Assembly: GCA_963803805.1 (NCBI GenBank)
Contig: CAWDOD010000004.1
Span: 320,001 to 384,000, forward strand
Origin: an uncultured cyanobacterium
GTDB taxonomy: Bacteria; Cyanobacteriota; Cyanobacteriia; Cyanobacteriales; CAWCAG01
Length of the DNA stretch: 64,000 nucleotides
Direction of reading: 5' to 3'
Positions within the stretch are counted from its first letter, which is position 1. Each line of letters starts with the position of its first letter. Under the pieces are notes generated by a model, which saw nothing but the letters and a program-made list of their open reading frames with translations, was not told where the DNA came from and did not search any database. Made by a program: the position numbers and the translations under genes. Below are positions 21,852 to 30,277 of the stretch, piece by piece.

Positions 21852-23187
21852 TAAATGGACATTGCTTTTGAGATTCTTGAGCAGTAGCCCCATCTAATGG
21901 CACAATTGTACCCTGGTTATCAAGATAGCGTTCGGGATAAAACTGCTCTGGTTGTTCGCCAAAATAGGCGGGATTGTGGTGTAATGGTTTCAAGGTAATA
22001 CCAACTACTTGTTGAGCAGGAATAGACCAGCCTTCCAAAACGTCTTTATCACTACTAATTCTTTGTAATCCAGCCATAGGAGGACGAAAGCGTAGGGATT
22101 CGAGAACAACGCAGTTGAGATAATTAAGTTCTTGTAATCCAGCCTCTGTTAATTTTCCCTGATTCCTCCCCATAATTCCATCTACCTCAGCTTGGGCGCG
22201 ATGTAGCTTTTCAGGATGTTGTGCTAAAAGATATAAGCTCAGGGAGACACTGGCAGCTACAGTTTCATGTCCATTGACAATAATGGCAAGTAAGTTATCC
22301 CGTACCTCTTGATCGCTTAATTGCTGTACCTCAGAATCTGGAAAATTTTCCCCTTGCAGTAATAAATCCAGTACATTAGAGGAGTATGATTGAGACTTTT
22401 CTTTTCTCTGACAAATTAGTTCCTCAAGAAACTCATCAATCCCTATAAAAGCACTATCAAGCTTCTGGTTAGATGATAGGGGAAGATGTTTCCACCAAGT
22501 AGTAAATTGGTGTACAGGTCGAGTACTTTGCTGCACAATATATTTAAGATTATTGAGAAACTCATCAGCCTCTCCTTCTAAAGCAGCAAAATCTTTACCG
22601 ATAGCAACTTTACCCACAAGATCTAAAAACAAAGCTAATAGTTCTGGATAAATGTTAACCTCTACACTTTCTCCAGATTGCTGGATATTTCTCTGCCATT
22701 TATGGACAAGTTGTTGGGAATAGTCAACAAAAATATCGTGAAAACCGACGATCTGCTTTTTAGAGAAAACCTCATTCAGCAATAGGCGATGCCGTTTCCA
22801 ATCCTCACCATTGTTAGTAAGAACACTATTACCATAAAGACGCTGAATTAAAGAATTGGGGGGAAACTTCGAGTAATTCTTCTGATTCTCAACAAGAATA
22901 TGACGAATCATTTGATAGTTAGTAACAGAGATTTGCTGTCGCCACATCCAAAAGATTTGCACAATTTCGCCAAATTGTTCATGAAACCAATGATATGCCG
23001 ACAGACGATTTTTAGCCCGATAAACTTTAAGCATATTACCCACCAGCACATTAGGAGTCTCTCCGGGAATCACTCTCCCATCTAGATGATGAAGTTGTTG
23101 ACGTGATTTATTTACTTGTCGAAAATACCAGGTGCTAACCAAAAACCATACTAAAACCAGACCCAAAGTATGAAATAACGATATCAT
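21852..23187 (-). pseudogene. cytochrome P450, truncated before the heme-binding motif
   Basis: I-helix NGHETVA, K-helix ESLR, PERY present; no FxxGxRxCxG before the sequence runs into the Rieske fragment. Confidence 0.82.
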
Positions 23188-23487
23188 CGATAATTCTCCC
23201 CTTTTTTTACATCTGAATTTAGAAAATGCTCCAGATACAGCTAAAACCCATTTAAACTAAGTTTTCTCAATTTGACCAAATCTATCTCCCTAACTCTCTT
23301 TCCTATTACTTAAATTAGTCTCTATGCCCAAATCAAGAAATAAAATAACATTAAACTTCAACTTTCTGCTCCAGCATTAATCAGCCATGGCAATTCTTGT
23401 AGACAAGCTAGTTATTTTCTCTAAAAAATGACCACAAGTTAATATTATGGAAGCTTTGCATTTAAAATGCCTAACAGTTTATTCTAA

Positions 23488-23593
23488 TATTTAAAACAAA
23501 AGTACCCTCATTTAAAAATCTGGATTAATGATTTAAACCCTGAACTATTTCTATTCTGGAAAACTGCTCAATCTGACTTAGAGAAATTAGAAT
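23488..23593 (+). pseudogene. short internal fragment of a Dam/D12-class DNA adenine methyltransferase
   Basis: Reads YLKQKYPHLKIWINDLNPELFLFWKTAQSDLEKL (INDLN...FW motif). Confidence 0.6.
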
Positions 23594-23803
23594 GTATCTT
23601 GCCAGGAATAAAAATCACTCATCTAGATTATGGTGAGCTATTAAAATCAGTAAACGAAAACACTTTACACACTTGACATTTAAGACAACTAAACCGGACT
23701 TGGCAGAATATCGACCTTTAGGGAATACTTGAATTACTGAGACTTTAGTAGATTGAACAAAGAGGTTAAGCTCACTTTTAACTTCATCGAAGCAGTAAGG
23801 GCA

Positions 23804-24223
23804 ATGGTAGATAGTAACGAAAATCAACAAAACTCAGATAACTTTGTAGGTAAGGGATTTTCTTTTCCCTTAGCTATGAATGTGCAAGGAAATTTGACCC
23901 TTAGTGGTTACAATCAAAATATTGAAGAGTCCATAAGGATTATTTTAGGTACAAGATTAGGAGAAAGGGTCTATCGGCCCGATTTTGGTTCTCGTTTATC
24001 AGAACTTGTCTTTGCACCTATGAATACTCAAACTCTTCTGATGGTGCGTTTATATGTTCGAGAAGCCCTAGAAAGATGGGAACCTCGCATCACCATAGAT
24101 GGAGTATATACAGAACCAGACCCCACTGAAGGCCGCCTTGATATTACGATTCAATACCATATTAAAGAAAATTACGATTTGCGGAATATAGTTTTTCCTT
24201 TCTATTTGTTACCACCAAGTTAG
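23804..24223 (+). CDS. GPW/gp25-family baseplate protein of a contractile injection system
   Basis: GKGFSFP, IEESIRIILGTRLGERVYRPDFGSRL, WEPRI, VFPFYL. Confidence 0.93.
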   Translation: MVDSNENQQNSDNFVGKGFSFPLAMNVQGNLTLSGYNQNIEESIRIILGTRLGERVYRPDFGSRLSELVFAPMNTQTLLMVRLYVREALERWEPRITIDGVYTEPDPTEGRLDITIQYHIKENYDLRNIVFPFYLLPPS

Positions 24224-24259
24224 TGATCAATTAAGCTGTTATCAATTATCAATTAAATT

Positions 24260-26464
24260 ATGGAATTTGATTTTTTACCTAAGCTGCCTAAACCCGATTT
24301 AGATGACCGCACATTTCAGGACTTAGTAGAAGAGTGTAAGTTACGGATTCCTCGTTACTGTCCGGAGTGGACAAATTATAACCCCAGTGACCCAGGAATA
24401 ACCCTCATTGAGTTATTCGCTTGGTTAACTGACCAAATGTTGCTACGGTTTAATCAGGTTCCTCGGCGCAACTATGTCACCTTCCTAGAACTCCTTGGGG
24501 TACGCCTGCAACCTCCAACACCAGCTAAAACTGCCCTCACCTTTTATCTTAGTGCTTCATTGGATGATGCTTATAGTATTCCAGTTGGGACAGAAGTGGC
24601 GACAGTACGTACAGAAACTGAAGAAGCAGTGGTTTTTCGGACTGATAAAACCTTGGTAGTTGGCAAACCTACCCTCAAACATCTCCTCACTGCAATGGAA
24701 ACTGAAACCCAACCCCAAATTCTCCGCGATCGCTTTAGTGGTATTTGGCGATTGGGGCCTAATGAAGAGTGGGAGGGGCCAGAGTTAAGTTTGTTTAATG
24801 AACAACCTGAAGAAGGGAACTGTTTTTATTTAGTTTTTAACCCCGATGACCCCATTGCCGGGAATGTTATCTCTGTCACCTTTAAAGGAGAAGCAGCTAC
24901 TTCTACCGGTATTAACCCTGAACAACCGCCGCGCCGTTGGGAAGCTTGGAATGGGGCTTTTTGGGAACCTATTTTACTTAAAGAAGGGGATGATAGTACC
25001 GAAGGATTTAGCTTTGCCCAGTTAACCAGGGAAGGAGGTGATCCTTTTGATGGTACAGATGTTATTTTCCATACTCCCCAAAATTGGCCTGTCACTCAAT
25101 TTGTCACTTATCAAGGGCGGTGGTTGCGTTGTGTCTATGCCAAAAAACATGACCGCCAGCCCGGTTATTCGAGTTCACCTCGCATAGTTGGTTTAAGTAG
25201 TCGTTCCTTGGGAGGAACAGTCGGGGCTACCCAATCTACTTTAGTACGGGATGAAATTTTAGGGGATAGTGATGGACAGCCCGGTCAAACTTTTCAACTC
25301 CAAGAAACCCCAATTTTACCTCGCACAGAAGCTGAATATATTGTGGTAACTCCCCCGGTGGGACTGCCCCAAAATTGGCAAGAAGTATCAGATTTTGCCG
25401 AATCTACTAATGAAGATTTCCACTATACCCTAGACTCCACCACAGGGCTAGTTCAGTTTGGTCCATTGATTCGTGAACCAGCCCAACTACAAACCGTAAC
25501 TCATTGGCGAACTCAACTCCAATCCGCTAGGACTGGCCCAGCCAGCGAAGGTGATCAACCGACAGTTCCCCCAGATATAGCCCAGATGGAACGTCAATAC
25601 GGGGCTGTACCTCCGAGGGGTTCAACTATTCGTATGGTTGCCTATCGTACTGGAGGAGGGCTGAGGGGTAATGTCCAAAGCAAAACCGTCACTGTCATAA
25701 AATCTGCTGTTCCTTATGTAGCTAGTGTTACCAACCACAAACCAGCCCGCCATGGTTCCGATGCAGAATCATTGGAAAATGCTGTGATTAGAGTACCAAA
25801 ACTATTACGTACCCGCGATCGCGCCGTAACCGCAGAAGATTTTGAAACCTTAGCTAAAGCTGCGGGCCTAGGTGCAATCGCCCGGGCCCGTTGCATTCCC
25901 TCTTTAAGTCAAGATGACGCTGGCATCGTCCGCCTCGTCTTAGTCCCTCAAGCTAATTTAGATGGCATTGCTAGGAGGGAAGGTATTCACCCCGACTGGT
26001 TTAATCTTAATCAAAGTATTGTAGACCAAGTAATTGCTTACCTTGATGAACGGCGTTTATTAGGGGTAGAAGTGAAGTGTCATAAAGCTGAATATGTTGG
26101 GGTGGCAGTACAAACTGAGGTAGCCCTAGAACCAGAGTATAATAACCCCCAAGCCCAACAGGAAATTCTCAACCAACTCCAAGTTGCCCTCTATACTTTC
26201 CTTAATCCCCTCATCGGGGGACCAGAAGCAACAGGATGGCCCTTTGGTCGGCAAGTTTATTCTTCAGATATTGTTAACTTGTTCCAAATTATTCCAGGAG
26301 TGCGTTATCTAGGAACAGTACAACTCTTTGAAATTCGTCACGATGGGAGAAATTGGGTTAGGAGACTACCAAAAGAACCCGTTATCGACCCCGGCCCCTT
26401 GGGCTTAATCTGTTCCTGGTACGACCATCAACTACGTTCGGGCCACGTAATCAACCTAATTTAA
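24260..26464 (+). CDS. putative baseplate assembly protein (baseplate J / gp6-like, Afp11-type)
   Basis: LDDRTFQDLV, PEWTNYNPSDPGITLIELFAW, YRTGGG, RDRAVTAEDFE, GWPFGR. Confidence 0.93.
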   Translation: MEFDFLPKLPKPDLDDRTFQDLVEECKLRIPRYCPEWTNYNPSDPGITLIELFAWLTDQMLLRFNQVPRRNYVTFLELLGVRLQPPTPAKTALTFYLSASLDDAYSIPVGTEVATVRTETEEAVVFRTDKTLVVGKPTLKHLLTAMETETQPQILRDRFSGIWRLGPNEEWEGPELSLFNEQPEEGNCFYLVFNPDDPIAGNVISVTFKGEAATSTGINPEQPPRRWEAWNGAFWEPILLKEGDDSTEGFSFAQLTREGGDPFDGTDVIFHTPQNWPVTQFVTYQGRWLRCVYAKKHDRQPGYSSSPRIVGLSSRSLGGTVGATQSTLVRDEILGDSDGQPGQTFQLQETPILPRTEAEYIVVTPPVGLPQNWQEVSDFAESTNEDFHYTLDSTTGLVQFGPLIREPAQLQTVTHWRTQLQSARTGPASEGDQPTVPPDIAQMERQYGAVPPRGSTIRMVAYRTGGGLRGNVQSKTVTVIKSAVPYVASVTNHKPARHGSDAESLENAVIRVPKLLRTRDRAVTAEDFETLAKAAGLGAIARARCIPSLSQDDAGIVRLVLVPQANLDGIARREGIHPDWFNLNQSIVDQVIAYLDERRLLGVEVKCHKAEYVGVAVQTEVALEPEYNNPQAQQEILNQLQVALYTFLNPLIGGPEATGWPFGRQVYSSDIVNLFQIIPGVRYLGTVQLFEIRHDGRNWVRRLPKEPVIDPGPLGLICSWYDHQLRSGHVINLI

Positions 26465-26510
26465 GACAAGGAGTAAACTAAGAATGAATGGGGAGGTGAT
26501 GGCAGGACAA

Positions 26511-26557
26511 TTAGCTGTTAGCCATTAGCCATTAGCCATTAGCCATTAGCCATTAGC
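26511..26557. repeat. heptamer tandem repeat (TTAGCCA-type STRR)
   Basis: ttagctg followed by (ttagcca)5 and ttagc. Confidence 0.9.
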
Positions 26558-26563
26558 AAACCT

Positions 26564-27649
26564 ATGACCCAAGCCCGCGAAGAACTTTTACCCCTAAGCT
26601 TACAACTGGTATCTATGAAGATATCAGATAGTGAGCCTCAGCCTATTAGCAGGGATAAAATTAATAGTAGCGAGTTTCTATCTTCGAGTGCTTTAGTTAA
26701 TCGCAACCAAGCATCTGAGTTAGCTAAGACAGGTTGTAACTTGGTTATTTATCCAGAAGAACCAAGCGAAATACTGGTTAAAATTGCCAATCAGAGTAAT
26801 CGCTGGATTTACTTAAGTATTGCCGCAGAAGGTGATTTTCCTAGCCCTTGGTGTCGTATTGGTATGGAAGGGCATACCTTGCCTCCAGGGGGAGAAATGG
26901 AAGCCGTACTTTACTTACAAATTCCCCCAGACTTTTTTGAGAATAATCAACAGCCTGCTAATGGCCCAGGCTTAGAATTAGATTATTCAGGCATTGCCTA
27001 CGTTAATTACGGCCCCTATAACCCAGAAACCGCAGAGGTTCCTGAAGAGTTACCTTGCATCGCAACTAAGACTTTTCAACTCTACATTCGCCCCCGCAGT
27101 CTCTACGTCAACTTTTTACCCGATATTTATCAGGAAGTTGATTTTGTTGGTCGCATCCTGAAACTTTTTGAAGAGACTTTTGAGCCTGCTGTCAATGCCC
27201 TAGACAGCCTCTGGGCTTACTTAGACCCCTTAACAGCCCCGGAATCATTATTACCTTTTTTAGCCTATTGGGTAGGCTGGAAACTAACACCCCGCTTAAG
27301 TTTGCAGCGACAACGTTACTTGATTCGCCAAGCGATGGAAGTATATCGTTGGCGCGGAACTAGGCGAGGTTTGCGATTGTATTTACACCTATTTACGGGT
27401 TTACCTTTAGATGAAGAACTGCCGGAGGTGGAGAAACACATCAGCATTTCTGAAGTATTTGGTCAAGGATTTGTCACCGGGGGAACTCATTTAGGACAAG
27501 ATTCTATAGTCGGTGGCGGCAGACCTTACCATTTTCTCGTCCGCCTCAAACCAATACCAGGAGACGAAATAGATATCAAGTTGGTTAAACAAATTATTGA
27601 ACAAGAAAAGCCTGTTTTCTCCACCTACGAATTATCCATTGAACATTAA
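26564..27649 (+). CDS. phage tail protein I / gp7-like baseplate wedge protein
   Basis: LPDIYQEVDF, YLDPLTAPESLLPFLAYWVGW, YRWRGTRRGL, IIEQEKP. Confidence 0.9.
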   Translation: MTQAREELLPLSLQLVSMKISDSEPQPISRDKINSSEFLSSSALVNRNQASELAKTGCNLVIYPEEPSEILVKIANQSNRWIYLSIAAEGDFPSPWCRIGMEGHTLPPGGEMEAVLYLQIPPDFFENNQQPANGPGLELDYSGIAYVNYGPYNPETAEVPEELPCIATKTFQLYIRPRSLYVNFLPDIYQEVDFVGRILKLFEETFEPAVNALDSLWAYLDPLTAPESLLPFLAYWVGWKLTPRLSLQRQRYLIRQAMEVYRWRGTRRGLRLYLHLFTGLPLDEELPEVEKHISISEVFGQGFVTGGTHLGQDSIVGGGRPYHFLVRLKPIPGDEIDIKLVKQIIEQEKPVFSTYELSIEH

Positions 27650-27691
27650 ATAATTATCAATTATCAATTACATCCTACTTCTTCCTAAAAA

Positions 27692-29160
27692 ATGAAAAAT
27701 AATCATCTCCCGCCGCCGACAATTAAACCTTTTGAACGTATTTCAATTCGGGATGGTTTATTGATTAATGCTGAACGTTGGCGGTTCGCCCATGATTATC
27801 ATAGTCAGAGGCAAAATGTTCACTTTCAATCCCTTAATCAACCAGGAATTGTTTGCGATTTAGGGGTGCATATTATTCCCCCTCCGGTAGAAGTTAGTGC
27901 AAAATATCGAGATAAGCGTTGGCTACAAATTCAGCCGGGAATTGCTATTGATTTATTTGGCAATTTTATTGTAATTACAGACCCAATGGATTTCCGGATT
28001 TCATCGGAAAATCGTAGTGATTTAGCAATGACTGTATATTTAGCAATTAGTTATGTTGATCCAGAAAAACTGCACCGTAAGCCTCAAAACGAATTAGTAA
28101 AAGAAACCTTTCGCATTATTGAAAAAGCTACTCCCCCTAGTGAAACAGAAGTGGAATTATGCCGTGTGGTTTTGCCCCAGGGGGCAGGGAAAGAAATAAT
28201 GTTTCTGTGGAATTAAGAAATCCTCAAGATGTCTTTTATCCCCAGGAAAATGAACTAGATTTACGCTTTCGTCAGCAAGCTAGATCCCGACCACAATCTA
28301 TCATTAATACGGGAATTATTGAAAATAGTTCTTCTAGGCAAGAAGACAATATTACTAACTTAAGTTATTTATTAAAATCTTTACCTGGGCTATATCCATC
28401 TCTTCAAGGAGAAAATATTATTGCCAAGATTAATTTGTCCCAGGTAAAAGAACAAGAACAAATTCTAGAACAAGATTTAATTTTCTTAAATCATCAACCT
28501 GAAGATGAATTTGGGCAAGTAGAAGTTGAACTTTTACAAGACTATTTACAAAGAGGCGGATTGCTTTTAGTAGAAATTGCTACCCAAGGCACTGATTTAG
28601 GGGCTTTGTTGCAAATACAACAAGAATTACAACAGGCGATCGCAGATGTAGCAGAAGATCAAGCCTTAGCTGGTTATATGCCAGATTTAGAAGCAGAATT
28701 GTTAGCAGTAAAAGAAGATTTAGCACAAAGAATTGGCAGCCGTTCGGGAGTATTTCAAGATTTGGCTGCAAGGTTAAATACCCCTTTAAAGCTATTTGAT
28801 GATTTGCCCCGTGATCATCCTCTACGTACTAAACCTTTCCTCTTCGCAGCGTTACCAAAAATCAAAAGACAAGGGGTTCAAATTTTAACAGGAGGAGGTA
28901 TCGTTGCCATTGTTGGTAATCTATCTTCGGCTTGGGGTTTAGACCCAGAACTTTCTTTATCTAGAGAAACTATACGCACTGCCCAAGAAATGGGTATTAA
29001 TATTTTACTTTATGCTTGGTATAGGAAACAAATGCTTCAACTACAAAGCGCCCACTCAACCCCAACTAAAACTCCTCCTCCTCAACAACAACAAAGCCCT
29101 AAGCAAGAGAAAGCTAAAAAATCAAAACGTAGTAATCAATTATTTGATCAGTTGATGTAA
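27692..29160 (+). pseudogene. CIS-associated protein with C-terminal DUF4159-like domain, frameshifted at ~28180-28195
   Basis: N-terminal DGLLINAERW/QPGIVCDLGV/QPGIAIDLFG (tail-fibre shoulder-like) and C-terminal LQDYLQRGGLLLVE/AQEMGINIL in overlapping frames; indel near G/A runs, may be a sequencing error. Confidence 0.7.
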
Positions 29161-29235
29161 TTTCTAGTTGCTAGTTGCTCATCGGGAACAGTATTTTACC
29201 TATTACCTATTACTTTTTTCCTAATCGAACCGAAA

Positions 29236-29312
29236 GGCTTAGCTGAACTCTTAAATCGTAGATATTTCAGATTATTGGATTTTTAATTTTCATACCTTGA
29301 TTCAGCAACGCC
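29236..29312. mobile_element. 77-bp MITE-like element with imperfect terminal inverted repeats
   Basis: GGCTTAGCTGAA ... TTCAGCAACGCC. Confidence 0.45.
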
Positions 29313-29319
29313 TGGTTGT

Positions 29320-29496
29320 TCAAATCTTTCGGAGTTGGCTAGAACTAATGATCTCTTCAACAGTTAACTTTAATTCTGGGAAGGTGGCAGAGATAACTTG
29401 GTCTTTGCCCTGGAAAGATTTAACCTTATACTGACCAGCAACCAATTGGTACACAAAAATAGTAGGAACTTTAGGATAGCCAAGATAGTTGCGACC
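29320..29496 (-). pseudogene. C-terminal fragment of a Uma2-family endonuclease
   Basis: RNYLGYPKVPTIFVYQLVAGQYKVKSFQGKDQVISATFPELKLTVEEI. Confidence 0.75.
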
Positions 29497-29594
29497 AAAG
29501 ATAAAAGTTACTCGTTCTTCCCCTGAAAATGATTATTCTCCTTCAGAATGGGTCATACTTACGAGTTTCCAAGCCCAAGCGCTTTACCTTAGTA

Positions 29595-29946
29595 TTAGCC
29601 TTAATTATTGTTCAGCGTACCGATGAAGTGGGAGAATTAGCTAGGGTATTCCAAGTTACGGCTACGGTAATTGATGCTCGTGAAGCAGTTTAAGAGAGAG
29701 GCAAGAAAAGGCTTATACAAAAGCGATCAGCTAATGGCTAGTCGCTTTTAGCTAGTTGCTAAAATTTTATACTTGGTGAGGATATTTTATTTATTGGAGT
29801 TCTCTTAACAAAACAAATGGGCAAATTACGCTCAGAAATTGACCAAGCTAGAAATACTCGCTATAAAGGTCGTAATATTGATGCTAATTATTTAAAAAGT
29901 TTACAAGCAAGGGCTAAATTACTACAAGATAAACAAGATAATTGAT
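29595..29946 (+). pseudogene. HAMP-domain/coiled-coil gene tail interrupted by a MITE
   Basis: QRTDEVGELARVFQVTATVIDARE before and TKQMGKLRSEIDQAR...YLKSLQARAKLL after the 29691-29807 insertion. Confidence 0.65.
29691..29807. mobile_element. MITE family B copy 1 (TAAGAGA...TCTCTTA ends)
   Basis: Short TIRs; both arms match 56439-56619 (e.g. ACTTGGTGAGGATATTTTATTTATTGGA). Confidence 0.75.
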
Positions 29947-29979
29947 AATGGAAAAAAATCAAGAGGACAGGGTTATCCT

Positions 29980-30144
29980 GGGAGCATCTCAGTTTTGCAG
30001 AAATAGTTTGTCTGTGAAGTTAGCTATTAGCTATTAGCTGTTAGCTGTTAGCTGTTAGCTTTAAGAATACATTTCTTGCTGCTTCAGTGAAGCTAATATC
30101 AAGTTGACGGCTAAAGCCTGTATTTACTAATTTGAGATGCTCCC
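29980..30144. mobile_element. MITE family A copy 1 (165 bp, ISKra4-type ends, 8-bp TSD)
   Basis: GGGAGCATCTCA...TGAGATGCTCCC TIRs; direct repeat GTTATCCT at 29972-29979 and 30145-30152; near-identical to 51041-51198. Confidence 0.92.
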
Positions 30145-30277
30145 GTTATCCTTTCAGAGACGCTTCTCCTTCGGAGACGCTTCGCGAACGTGAACGCACT
30201 TATAGTTGCGGTTAGACTACGGGGAATAGTAAATACTTTACTTAATACTTATTACCTATCACTTATTACTTACCCCA

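Noticed and set aside
28170-28216. GGGAAAG at the -1 break of the DUF4159-like gene as a programmed frameshift
   Set aside because: The heptamer is phased GGG AAA G in the upstream frame, not X XXY YYZ, and no stimulator is evident
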